A DNA stretch of 64,000 bases. Source: Phoronis australis. Its lineage: Eukaryota > Animalia > Phoronida. Positions within the stretch are counted from its first letter, which is position 1. Each line of letters begins with the position of its first letter. The position numbers and the translations under genes were made by a program. The notes under the pieces are model-generated. The model was not told the DNA's origin, made no database searches, and worked only from the letters and a program-made list of their open reading frames with translations. This document shows positions 26,655 to 39,129 of the stretch, one piece after another. The DNA lies in assembly GCA_002633005.1 (NCBI GenBank), contig NMRA01000425.1, positions 220,805 to 284,804 of the forward strand. The letters run 5' to 3'.

Positions 26655-27368
26655 ATGTGCGTACTGCTTGTTGACATGAAAGGTAAACGCATTCTTTTGT
26701 ACGCGTGCTTGGGTTTCTTGATTGGCGTATATCTCGGAGAACTATGGAAGTGGTTATGTGGAAATTTCCAGGAGATGGCAAACACACATCAGGTGTTCAA
26801 GCGACGACAGCTTCTTCTGATCGGCGTGATGACTACTAAAAAATTTATTAACACTAGGTCCCTTGCTGTCCACAGTATTTGGGTGAAGAATTTCAAGCAC
26901 GCTGACGTGTTGTACTTCTCCAGTGAGAATAGTACAAGCCTTAATCACTTACCTGTCATCGCTTTACCAACTATCACTGATGACTATCCTCCTCAGAGGA
27001 AATCATTTGCTATGCTGCAGCATTTCCACGATCATTTTATCGATCGTTACGAATGGTTTATGCGAGTGGACGATGATCTGTATGTTGATACCCGAAGGCT
27101 TGAAAGGTTTCTTCGTTCTATGAACAGCAGTGGTGTCCACTATATAGGCTCAAGTGACCAGACAGCTGGCTCGTCACAGAGTCGCCTGTTCATGAAGGGG
27201 ACTGAGCATTACTGCATGGGTGGTCCCGGTGTGCTCTTCAGTGCTGCCACCTTGCGAGAAGTTACACCGCACTTAGAGTATTGTCTAGGTCACTTGAGGA
27301 CCAAACATGAAGATGTGGAGATCGGACGTTGTGTGCGCAAGGCAACGGGCAAGTCATGTATCCCATAT
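26655..27368 (+). CDS. CHSY1: CHSY1-like alternative N-terminal exon B (divergent GT31 domain with own signal anchor)
   Basis: Intact frame with MKGKRILLYACLGFLIGVYLG (anchor; ATG at 26655 or 26676), GVMTT, YPPQRKSFAML, EWFMRVDDDLY, HYCMGGPG and HEDVEIGRC. Acceptor gtttctgtacag ends at 26635. Consensus phase-0 donor CCATAT|GTAAGT follows 27368, exactly where homology ends. Confidence 0.85.
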
Positions 27369-29029
27369 GTAAGTCACCACTTGCTAAAATTCGGAAAGAC
27401 GCGATACAATCTGTGTATAATTTGTACTGTTTTGAAGAGTTTAGCATGGTGCCATGGAAATAAATACGTGTGTCATTGTTATCTAAATGGATATTTTGTG
27501 ATTGGCGCTTTAATATCACAACACAATTAATACCTTCCGCAGATGATATCTGAGATAGAAAAATACCTGTCTAAGATGGTATCTGAGAAGACAAAGCATT
27601 CTTCGCTAGTGCTCCTGTCCTCTAAGGAGAGGGGCATAGTGCTCCTGTCCTCTGAGGGGAGGGGGCATAGTGCTCTTGTCCTCTGAGGGGAGGGGCATAA
27701 GTTCATGACATACAGAACCTGTTGCATGCCACCACTGAGGACTGTTTCATATAAGTCACTTACGTAGTTTTATGCTCCCCGGCCCACAACTATTTCTGAA
27801 AAATTTGCTCAAAGTCGTAGGTTGTACCAAATTTTGGTTATCTAAAATTAAAGTATTAGCTTCAATGACAAAATGATCATTTTTCTCAGTGTTACAGACT
27901 ATTAGGATGCATGAAAAAGGTTGCCAGCTGCTTTTGACAATTTTATGAACTGCGAGTCTATTTTCAGTCTCTGTCGATGCAAATTTAAGGAGCATAATGA
28001 ATGCCAACAAAATTGACGATGCCAAAGTCTATGGAATCAGGGAAAATCAATGTATGCTTGAATGTATGTGTCCCAGTTGAGAGACTGGCTGAACTCAAGA
28101 ATTGATTAGAGTAACTGCTGCGTATACTGGGTTGTGAAGGGAGGATGAGGGTTCAATGTTTCAATGCTTTGTATATTTCTGCCCAACTTAATTATTATTG
28201 TTGCTATAGTGGCAAGGAAAATAATGGTTCATTGAATCCATGAGTTTTGACAATCTAAGAAAATCATGGTACAGTGATTTGTTTGGTTGATAAATTTCAA
28301 ATAATGATTCTATGATTCAGTTGGTATCGAAGTGAATAGTTGTGCATTGCCTTTACACCAACTTTTTGCCATATAAATATTCTGAAAGTTCAAAGTTGGA
28401 TCATTGACTTTATGTTGAGTATTTGCTCTGATTGCACTCTCACAGTGCTATGCCTAATTAATGCTGTCAAACATGATTGCACGGGGCCCCTCATTGATAA
28501 AACCTGGTTAATGACACATTGTTCGGATTAAATGCTTCAACAATTTCTTAATCAATGGTGGCTCATGGCTGCAGAAACAACGGCAGATTATAATGATGTA
28601 TTCTGTTAAATTACATGTTCCATGCTCACTTAACACTACAACAAGACAGTTTACTTTGGTCATCATGCCCAAATGCATGATGTTTTATTTTGTCTTAGTG
28701 TCATTGACTTCAAGAAACTACCAGCATATGTGCATTACCTGTATGTGGGCCTATAATAAAAACACTCTCTCTGAAAATCTGTACCAAATTGAGCAGTAAC
28801 ATAGTGTAATGATTTGATCTTTTCTGTTATCAAATTAGAAACATTGAGCACAATTTTGTACATCTGCCCAGATCAGAAAATTGTTGATAATAACTTTCCA
28901 TTTCTATGACCTTAGTTCCAGAACTAATCCTGAGTAACAGCCAATAATTGTTGTCTTTGAAAACGTATTGATATCATCTGAGCTCTCTTGTCATTTGTGT
29001 TGTTGATACTTTTTATATGGGAACAGCTC

Positions 29030-29393
29030 ACTAATCCGAAGATGCAGTTAAGGTCCAAAGATGCAGTTAAGGTCCGAAGATGCAGTTAAGGTCCGAATGT
29101 GCACTGAATCTGATGGTTCACTAGTCTGAAGGTTCACTAGTCTGAAGGTTCACTAGTCTGAAGGTGCACTAGTCCGAAGGTTCACTAGTCCGAGGGTTCA
29201 CTAGTNCTGGTCCGAAGGTGCACTGGTCCGAAGGTGCACTGGTCCGAAGGTTCACTGGTCCGAAGGTTCACTGGTCCGAAGGTTCACTGGTCCGAAGGTG
29301 CACTGGTCCGAAGGTTCACTGGTCCGAAGGTTCACTGGTCCGAAGGTGCACTGGTCTGAAGCACACTAGTCTTAAGGTGCACTAGTCTGAAGG
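29030..29393. repeat. Minisatellite, mostly 16-bp unit ggttcactggtccgaa; possibly the terminal array of a foldback element
   Basis: About 20 copies, with an inverted remnant ccttcggacttaactgc at ~30201-30217. Confidence 0.9.
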
Positions 29394-30032
29394 TCTACTA
29401 ATAAGGTGTTGCTAAGCGATAAAACATTTTAAATGCAATTTTTGTTATACGAAACTCACTCCGGCAGATGCGCCCGGTAACCATCGGGAGAATCAAGTCA
29501 GTGACTGCTCTTTATTTACTTTGCGGGGTTTGCTATAAGACATTTGATTGGTTTATGGGTGTAGAAGTTGTCACCAGCAACCAGTCGAATGTCTCTGCTG
29601 GTTGGAGGAGTGAATCAAATGTAGCCAGGGATTTTAAAGAATGAAAACGTATAAAGGCACAGAATACCATGAGATTCTGTTAGAAAACTTCCTCGAATTG
29701 AGATTTTTGGCGAACGCCCAAATTCATGCCTGTATGTCATCCTTTTTGTCTCAAGGTTTGTGCAAGATTTATGATCAATAACTCACAGTCAACAATGAAT
29801 TGTTTCACTTTGTATTCATTCATTAACGACAGTGTGTGGCAGCACAAAGTATCATCTTCGATGTCGCACGAATGCATTACAGCAACATTTTTGAAAACGT
29901 TTGGAAATTGTTTTTCACATCTATTCAGTGACGCACCGAAGAGTCATATACAGGCATGACTGCCACTGCATATTATTACATGTAGAAAAATACGAAAAAT
30001 TCACTTGAGTATGAAATGTTCTATTTCATCGT

Positions 30033-30186
30033 CAGTGGCGGATTTAGAGGGGGACCAAGGGGGGTGCTCCCCCCTAAAACTCCCAAATTCCATTTGGCAG
30101 TTTGGGGGTGCTCATGTCTGACGGACGAAATCTTGACTAATACTCTGCCCTGGCCCCCCTAACTAAAAATCCTGGATCTGCCCCCG
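30033..30186. mobile_element. Small hAT-like MITE
   Basis: Ends cagtggcggatttag and ctggatctgcccccg form an imperfect inverted pair. No clean TSD. Confidence 0.5.
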
Positions 30187-31356
30187 ATCCTATAAGTACA
30201 CCTTCGGACTTAACTGCCATGTAATCTTTGTACAAAGTTGATTATCTGCTGTCCAATTTTGCTTTCTGGTTCTTTTCATATGATGCGCAGTGTTCAATGT
30301 AAAATTAAGCTGATTGTGAATACATCGCATCTCCCGCNNNNNNNNNNNNNNNNNNNNNNNNNNNNNNNNNNNNNNNNNNNNNNNNNNNNNNNNNNNNNNN
30401 NNNNNNNNNNNNNNNNNNNNNNNNNNNNNNNNNNNNNNNNNNNNNNNNNNNNNNNNNNNNNNNNNNNNNNNNNNNNNNNNNNNNNNNNNNNNNNNNNNNN
30501 NNNNNNNNNNNNNNNNNNNNNNNNNNNNNNNNNNNNNNNNNNNNNNNNNNNNNNGTAACCATTTTTGTGATTTTGTAATATCTTAAAATGTCATCAAACC
30601 TGCATTTTCCACATTTTAGGCTGTAATTATGCAAATGTTAGAGAAAACCAATTATTTGGGTGTAATAACATCCACCAATTCTGAGAAAGTAGTGCTAGAT
30701 TACGTTTCCACTTCATTAGCTTGAACACAAAGTGCGTGCTGAATAGGCATTATAAAAGTTGTCTGAGGGCAACCAGAAGAGTGTAAGCTGGAAATGCTCC
30801 ACATGGAAACGAGTTAAAACTTAAGACCATGTCAACATCTTGATGCAAGTCATAGGCTGTCAGTAGAAACACAATTTTAATGTTGAAATGTGGCAAGATA
30901 AACCCTTCTGTGTTTTAGCTCGGGCTTGTCTGTGGGTGTGAATGATTTGTGCCACGTACTCCTGCTACTAGGGTGGTCGATATGTATTATACGTAATTTT
31001 TCACAGTAACCCTAAACAGTAGTTTACTGTCAAATATGGAAGTTTCAAGAAATTGTGCTGTAAGTGAAGTTATTGAGAAGAATTTAGCACAACGACAGCA
31101 ACTCTGTATTTCAACAGCAACTGTTCTTATGATGGTAACTTTGGTAACGAAGATGTGGAATGCAAATGCCTATATTCGTACTTAGTCGTGGGGGCACTTT
31201 ACCTGGTTTTGGATGACAGTCTCCTGCCATTAATTTGAATGTAACTGCCCTACCATTACACCCTTTATAAGCCTGTTTGGCTTATGGATCACTTTGCGTT
31301 TTATGCTCAAAACTTGACATTTTGCTGTACATTGACGTATACCCCTAATAGATGTA

Positions 31357-32635
31357 CCGTAAACGTTCGGGTTAACGCCCATGCTCAGTTAACCGTCCAC
31401 CCCCTACTTTAGGTGGATTTTCGATTTAACCGCCCACTGCTCGGTTAAGCGCCCCCCTGCGATTTTTGAAGATTTCCAGTTAAGTGCCCACCTCTCGGTT
31501 AAGCGCCCATCCCCGACTTTTAAAGANNNNNNNNNNNNNNNNNNNNNNNNNNNNNNNNNNNNNNNNNNNNNNNNNNNNNNNNNNNNNNNNNNNNNNNNNN
31601 NNNACGACGCCGGGCCTCCGAGACGGTGGTTTAGCAATGTGAATTGCAATTATACAAGTAACGAGTTATTGTCTTGGGTATGAACTCACTTCAAAATATT
31701 ATACTTGAACGTTTTTGTCACTTTATTTTCTTCCCATGTTTGCAAAGTTTAAGAACGCCGCCGGCGTCAAAACCTCCGCTTTCAGCGACTTTGTCTGCCG
31801 CGCTGAGTTTTCGTCTGCAGTGTACTTGATAAAACTTATTCGAAAAAATCAGGCCAGAGAAATGAGACAATGGAAGTATATAATCACGCCCGTTTCTGTT
31901 ACTTAGGACTGTCGCTATTCTCTTTTGATGTGTGACTTGTAGTGGTGCACGCGCGCAAGTTCCCACACTTCAGAGTGCATGTTACCGTGACACCAACATG
32001 TGATTGACAGGTGACTCGCACGTAGGCCCTACGCGCGTGCTGAATCCCTCCGCTATCTTTGGCCATAAAAAACGAGATGCATATTGAAAGAGGTCGTTAT
32101 ATTACTTGACGGCATTTCCAAGTCACGATTGTCAGCCGACTGAGACATTGCGCGCTAACAACGGGACCGAACAGTGCCGCAGTGCGATATTGCAAGTGNG
32201 ATCGTGTTTTGTGAGTCCGTTCCCGTGTTTGTGAGTCAGTGGACGGTGTTTGCAGGTCCGTGAGTCGTGTTAATGAGTCCGTTGACCGTGTAGTTTAGGT
32301 ACCTTGACTAATCTGAGGGCATGATGACCTTTGTTAGGATCATCCGCTGTTATGACATTTTTCCTGTCATGTGACGACGTGACGATAACGCTCTTTGAAA
32401 AGTGCTACGTGTTCCAGTAGGCCTACGTGTGTGGTGTGGGTACTTAGATCACGAGGTAAGATTAACCGCCCAGGGCGCTAATGCCTGTCGTAATAAGCGC
32501 CCATGTTCGGTTAACCGCCCACCCTGGATTTTTTGAAGTTTCACGTTTAAGCGCTTATGTCTGGTTAACCGCCCACCCCCGATTTTTTGGGTTTGCCAAT
32601 TTAACCGCCCAGGGCGTTAACCCGAACGTTTACGG
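31357..32635. mobile_element. Non-autonomous TA-targeting TIR transposon (Tc1/mariner-pogo-like), spans a small N gap
   Basis: Perfect 24-bp TIR CCGTAAACGTTCGGGTTAACGCCC, TA on both flanks, and many subterminal TTAACCGCCC/TTAAGCGCCC motifs. Confidence 0.85.
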
Positions 32636-33294
32636 TATGTACATTACCTGTATGCATTACCTCAGCCCTGGTCAATAATGAAAACGCTCTCTTTAGCAAA
32701 CATAATTTTAAAATGTTATGACCAATATAGTAATTATGTGGGTGTAAAAGCATTATGTGGTATATCAATGCGTGTTGCGGCCAACAGATGGCGCGCTCGT
32801 GGTAGTAAATCAAAGAACACACGAATGCTTTAACAATAGAATACGTCTATTAATTTGCAGCGTTGTGAATTACAAACAATAGATTACATCGAGTTGTGAG
32901 ACTGACGACTGTTCGAATGAAACGATATATCGTTACAGGTGAAGTATTAATCTACAGTGCCACCAGTTACCCGTAACTACCGCACACGTTAATGCAATAC
33001 AAGTCGCAACATGAACTGACCCGTTAGAACAATCACTAGACTGGTTCAAATTGACTAACAGGCTGAGACCAACGCCTGTATTAAGTGTCTATACCTCGGC
33101 TCCTGGACTTGACGTTAAGTTGAACTGGTTTCCTCGCCTTCGCTGTCGGCTTCTTTTGGAGACGATGTCGTGGTTTATGGTCTTTTGCGATCTGATGTCG
33201 TGGTCTGATTTTCCTCGATGGCCAATGCCTTAAATACTATTCCAGCTGGCATCACATGATGGGCCCATCTCTTGACGGTGCGCGTGACACTTGC

Positions 33295-33683
33295 ATAAGT
33301 ATTTATTAATCTGAATGAAGTTTGCTCAGCACAACCAAATCGGCTGACTATTGGAACAATTCTTGCATAACACCTGGGATAAGTTCTACTTCAGTTAAAG
33401 ATTTGATTGTGATGCGCTTTTAAATTTCGCAATAAGTATTTATTAATCTGAATGAAGTTTGCTCAGCACAACCAAATCGGCTGACTATTGGAACAATTCT
33501 TGCATAACACCTGTGATAAGTTCTACTTTATGCGCTTTTAAATTTCGCAATAAGTATTAATTAATCTAAATGGAGTTTGATCAGCACAATCAAATCGGCT
33601 GACTATTTGAACAATTCTTGCATAACACCTGTAATAAGTTCTCCTACAGCAAAGGTATGATTGCAATGTACTTTTAAATTTTC
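33295..33683. repeat. Triplicated ~118-137-bp unit directly upstream of CHSY exon C
   Basis: Copies begin ataagtatt at 33295, 33432 and 33550. Confidence 0.9.
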
Positions 33684-33771
33684 GGAAACCTCAATTAAAT
33701 GCAGAGGGCCTGGCCTCATTATATTACAATTAGTAGAATCCTCTTCAAGATAGCAACCAAATAAAAGTATT

Positions 33772-34515
33772 ATGTTCATGCTGTATATCGCGTCAGTCGG
33801 TGATATGTTTGGCCTTAGAAACTGGAGGCTGATTCTTTTTGTGGGTGCTTTTATTGTCTCCCATTTTCTGACAACTAGACTTGTCAGTTTTTTCAAGAGT
33901 CGACCCTGTCGATTCACAGGTGCTACTGAGCAGGAAGTAGCGCAGGTATTGGGCAAGAGGAAGCTTATGTTTATCGGCGTAATGACAACCAAGGAATTTA
34001 TTCATACGCGAGCTCTGGCTGGATATCGAACTTGGGCAAAGAGTTTCTTGGGCGATATATTGTATTTCTCGAGCATGGGTACTAAAAGTAGTGTAGTACC
34101 TGTGGTTGCTCTCAATGGTGTTGACGATCATTACCCCCCACAAAGGAAGTCTTTTGCAATGCTGAAGTATATGCATGATCATTTCATCATGCAGTACGAA
34201 TGGTTCATGAGAGCAGACGACGATTTATATATCAGACCATCTGAGCTTGTCCACTTCCTGTCATCCTTGAACAGCAGTCGTGATCACTATATTGGTGCCG
34301 CTGATCGGAAGGCTGGTGAATGTCAAGCAAGGAATTTTGAACACGGCGATGAGCACTATTGTTGGGGTGGTCCTGGTATAATTTTTAGTGCGTCCACGTT
34401 GCTGAAGACTGTTCCTCTCATCGATGACTGCTTGAATAATCTGTTAACTGTCCATGAAGATGTAGAGGTTGGCCGCTGCGTTCGTTTGGCTTTGAACATG
34501 TCATGTGCACCTAAT
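33772..34515 (+). CDS. CHSY1: CHSY1-like alternative N-terminal exon C (divergent GT31 domain with own signal anchor)
   Basis: Intact frame with MFGLRNWRLILFVGAFIVSHF (anchor; ATG at 33772 or more likely 33805), GVMTT, YPPQRKSFAMLKYMHDHF, EWFMRADDDLY, HYCWGGPG and HEDVEVGRC. Phase-0 donor CCTAAT|GTAGGT follows 34515, at the same aligned position as the exon B donor. Confidence 0.85.
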
Positions 34516-36769
34516 GTAGGTCATGATGATCACTTGTTCATCAAAGTGTTTTGAAACTGCTGAACTAAATGGTTTATGAGTAAGCTAAATCACTCATTGT
34601 TATGCTAAAACATTCATTTTTAAGCTAAATGTGGTAATTCTCCTCTCAGGTTTTGCACAGAATAAATTATTTTTTCCCAAAAATCAGGGTGTCTCAAATC
34701 AAACATACCATATACACCTACTGAGATTAGCCTAGAACGATGGTTATTGATTAATGCCACAGCATCCTAATTTGGCGACCTCCAGCTTGTGATATGCAAC
34801 CTCAGATTGACGGTGGCAACTTCATATAAATTAGATCAGCAGTCGCCAAATGCACCCTCAAGATTGAAGATTTTGCTAGATTTTTAATAAATTTGTCGAC
34901 AAGTTTGACTTTTCTGCATATTTAGGTACCAAAATACGAAATAGAGTGGCAAATGAATGTGAGCCTAATACTGCTGTGTACTATTATTTGTTCTAGTTAT
35001 AAAAAATATTGAATAAAAGCGAGTAAAAAATGTGTTAGCTCAATAATTTAAGGGGCATTAATTAATAGAAAGTTAGAGGTCTGAAAACATGTTTTTGATG
35101 ATTACTGCTGGCACAATTATTGTTGGTGGCTGTAAACTGATGTTTATCATGGGATGTTTTAGTTGATATTGCCTGTCAGCAATAGTCTGTAATTTCAGGT
35201 TCACTGATTTGCAATTACACCACACCATATGTCTGTCTTCTTTCAACTGCACTGCCTTGCCATTTCATCACACCATACCTCTGTCCTCATTTCTGGGCTG
35301 AGTACATGGAACCCAACTGTTACACGAAGCCTGACAAGTCCAGACCAGACAGTCTGCTCTATTTTAACCCAGATGAACCTCAAACAGTCTCTCATCTCCA
35401 CCTGACACTGTGTAGTGAGATTATTTTACCTTGGGCTCTGTTTGAACTTTTTGAGCACACTTTCAAAACATGTTCCGATAAAATCTCACAAGTTGGGACA
35501 CAATATGGCCGACAAATGGAATCTTGTTTGCTCATTATTTCATAAAAGTTATATAGCATCAAATTATTGCTTTACTAATTCTGTAACTTCTGTACTCCAG
35601 CTACCATCAGCAAATATTTTGAAAAATTGTGGACATTCACAGCAATGTTAGATGACTTGGATGAAAAATGAAAGTTATGGCATTTGTCCAAAATTGGTGA
35701 GAGAACTTTACCGTAGCTCAGAATGGTAAATTATCGCAATTTATTGCAGGTTGTGGTCAGAAATTGTCAATATTTGTCCAACATCAAGCATATTCTCTAT
35801 TCTTGCACATATAGTTTTCTGCCTGTATAATGACTCTAGTTACACGACTTCAAAAATAATTACCTTTAGTCTAGACCAGTCTAGTCATTTTTTGTACTTC
35901 TTTCCTGGGGTTTTGTCTCCAGATATCTGTAAATCTTACTTTGACAAAAGATGACAAAAATGTGTGTCACTCCGAAGAGTCACAGTATCATTTCAGGACC
36001 CTAGAAATAATAATTTTCCCGATTTAGGTCACTTCATAACAACACATCTCAGAAATGTCTGATTGTATTCAAATGAAAGTGCTCTATATTGTTAGGAATG
36101 GTTTTTCGTTTTTGCATGAGAACCAATCAAAGACTTCTTGAAAAAATTAAGTTGCATAAACGAAAAGGAAATGATAATTTAGAAAAGTGAAACTTTTAAG
36201 ATTTTGTGTAGTAAAACATTTCATGTGGACAAAGTTAGGTCATGTTATTCAGGTGCTATTGGTTTGCGATGAATGAGCACTCTTCTTATATGCTATAAGA
36301 CATGGTCACCTGATCCAATCACTGGCAGCTTGGTATAAAATCAGAAATTTAAATCTATGTACCTTTTTAACTTAAAATTTAAATTTTAGACACTTCAAAG
36401 GCTGTAAATTAGAAACTATAATCCTGGAGCTCGATAGCTAGCCTATCAAAAGAGCAAAAAACAAATGTCTAGATTCATTGGATAACTATTGTCTTGACAC
36501 AGCTTAAGTTCAAGATTGTAATTGCACATCTCTACTGAACAAATACTTGCAGTTTGCTCATATTATTCTACAGTAGTAAGTGGTGTAGTGGCAACTCGGG
36601 ATTGTCTGTTACGACGAAACTGCGGTATGATAAGTGCTTCCGTTTTGTCAAAAAAATTTCTTTAGGGACATTCAGAACGCTAAGATCAGTTGTTCTAATT
36701 ATTGAATTATTTATGTTATAGTTGTGCCTGATGCTGAGGTGGAGTGAGCAAAGGGCATCGTTGCCCTTT

Positions 36770-36987
36770 TCGAACAATATCCCCACTTAACCCTTTATGT
36801 TGTAGAGCCCAGTAAGGCCACCATATTGCCCATTTGGAAGAATATCCCCATTTAACCCTTTCTGTTTGAGAACCCAAAGGCCACCATAGCGTGTTTGGAA
36901 CAATATCCCCACTCAACCCTTTCTGTTAGAGAACCCAAAGGCCACCATTACCCATTTGGACAAACAAATTCCCCACTCAACCCTTTC
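36770..36987. repeat. Degenerate ~62-bp tandem repeat, about 3.5 copies
   Basis: Recurrent aatatccccacttaaccctt...aaggccaccat. Confidence 0.8.
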
Positions 36988-38276
36988 CAAAGCAGGTTTG
37001 AGTTTTTATTAACATCTTGAAAGGTCTTCTGCAACTGATTTGCACTGCTTGACTATACACCTGACTTGTGCTTTCTGTGTTTTCTCAAGTGTGGCTTAGT
37101 GTTGTCATAGTGACTAAGGTTTCATTTTTCTCATTCTATGTGTGTGGCCACCTGAAAAAGGGAAGTTGATCATTTCACTAATTGATTTGTTGGTGGGAAC
37201 ATGAGCAAGAAACTAAAATTTGTTGAATATTTAGAATCAGCGGTTAATGCCAACATCTGGACATCAAGACAACGATTGAAGTCTGAAGTGTACTTATAAA
37301 AAATCTGCTTAGGCTTCACTTTGAATTGCTTATGTTGTCTTTACCTGTAACTTGCAATAAAAAGTGCACTTGCGGCCGCTTTAGAAGCAGTTAAGTTTCT
37401 GAAGTTGACATTTCAATGATTGAACTCTTCCATTTATTCATTGTAGCATGATACCAACGAATGTCCATGTTTTGCACCAATATTCATTCTGTACAGACTG
37501 TTATAGCCAATGTCTCACTGTAATGTGGTGCCCTCTCCAGTCCAGAGCCCTCAATTCCTCGATTTTGGGGCTGAATATCGGCCCCATTCCCTTCTGAAAG
37601 TATTGAAATATCACGCGACATTCCTCTCACAATGCCCAAAAATTCCCCTCAAGTTCGAATCACTTGTATTTCACACAGTTGACAATTTGAAAGAGCACAA
37701 AATGTTAGTTTTGGTTACAAGAGGCAGAGCCTACGAGGGCTTGCAACAGGTTGGGGGTGCTATTGATGGTGACCAGGAGGTAGAATTTCCCCTCACCCCA
37801 AAATACTCCNTCTGTCATCCATTTTATGCCAGTTGTCTTAACTTGTCAGATACCCCACATGGGATTTACCTGTTTGCGGGATGCCATACATTAATAGGAT
37901 GAAAATTGTATACTTTTTACAAACTGTATAGTTTTGTATTTAAGTGCTGCTTGTGACATTACTACCAATATTTTGTTTGCAGCTAGTGTAAATGTCATTT
38001 TGACATTCATCATACTTTTAGCTTAGGTGATCAATGAATGGACTTAATAGCCTCTTAATTGCTCATAATTGCTATAGAAAGTTAACATTAACTACAGAAG
38101 GTAATTTTAATTTGTCTACAGTTTTGTGTAAGTGCTTTGGACTTGCCAGAGTTTGAGTCTCGTATTGGCCTGCAGAGAGTTCGAGTCTCGTATAATGGCC
38201 TGCAGACTTATTGAGCATTGATCTCTTAACTTTTGTGTTTGGCGTTGAGTATGTGAAACGGAAAGAATGTGTTGTA

Positions 38277-38437
38277 CCATAAACTCACAGGTTAAAGCCC
38301 ATGTCCAGGTAATCGTCCACCCTCGACTTTTGTGGCAAATTTCGATGTAAGCACCTTCTGATCTGGTAATCACCCTCCCTGACTTATGCCAATCTTCGAT
38401 TTAAGCGCCTTCTGGGTGTTAACCCGCAAGTTTACGG
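38277..38437. mobile_element. Short MITE related to the 31357-32635 element
   Basis: Ends ta|ccataaactcacaggttaaagccc and gggtgttaacccgcaagtttacgg|ta. Confidence 0.6.
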
Positions 38438-39129
38438 TAAACACATACAGATTCAGTGATCAGAATGATCCGATTAACGTCACCTAAGCTGTCACATTAT
38501 TTACCTGGCTAAAACACAAACATCAATTTTGGCCTTCTATTCTCATAAAGTTGGTTTCTTAATATTCCTTACTGTGACGGGATTCTAAACCATTACCTAG
38601 AGGAACATCGCAAACGTCAGTGACTCAAGAAAACTCGTCAGAGTTTTATTGTGGTTGCATGGCCAACTCTAAAATTGTGAATTCAAAAATGTCACTCGTA
38701 TGCATTGTTTGTAACTTGACTCATTTGGCATCAATTTAAGATCGGTTGAGTGTTAAATGTTTTTAAATCCCAAAGCACATCTGTTAAAAATTCAACATTG
38801 ACAAAAAACAGGGGCAAGTGCTCCTTTGCAATAAAATAATTTTCAAAAAAATGAGTAATGTGCTAGTGGACATTTTTCTCTTGCACTTAAGACCGTGGGT
38901 CAAGCTAATGAAAATCATGGGTGTCTGGATAGACAACTCTTCGATTTCACTCTGAATTACTTCACATTAGACTCATGTTTATAAGGTACTATCCGCTGGA
39001 GATTAAACGTGATCGCAGTTTGGCAAAGATGTCTGCCAGACAACTTCTAGACGCAGGACACCATCAAGTAGCACCATTGTAAACTCGTGTCCATCAATGT
39101 TGATATTGACAGTTTTCCTCTGTTTGCAG

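Noticed and set aside
27369-27530. C-terminal extension of the exon B ORF (likewise 14319-14351, 34516-34554 and the 39097-39129 N-terminal extension)
   Set aside because: These are read-through into introns. Homology ends or begins exactly at consensus splice sites.
30238-30634. Long ORFs crossing N runs (also 31404-31649, 48660-49502, 59651-60190)
   Set aside because: They are artefacts of assembly gaps. Only the EFL1 exon fragment at 60055-60136 is real.
13524-34554. Three independent single-exon fringe/C1GALT-like genes plus a separate CSGALNACT-like gene at 39097
   Set aside because: Motifs are CHSY-specific, all three ORFs have a phase-0 donor at the homologous site, and the last ORF has no signal anchor but a strong acceptor and the missing end of the GT31 fold.
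14319-39129. Additional (fourth or later) GT31 cassette exons
   Set aside because: No further GVMT, WFMR-DDD or HEDVE motifs were seen in the ORF track or by eye. A decayed copy, or one hidden in the N gaps, cannot be excluded without tBLASTn.
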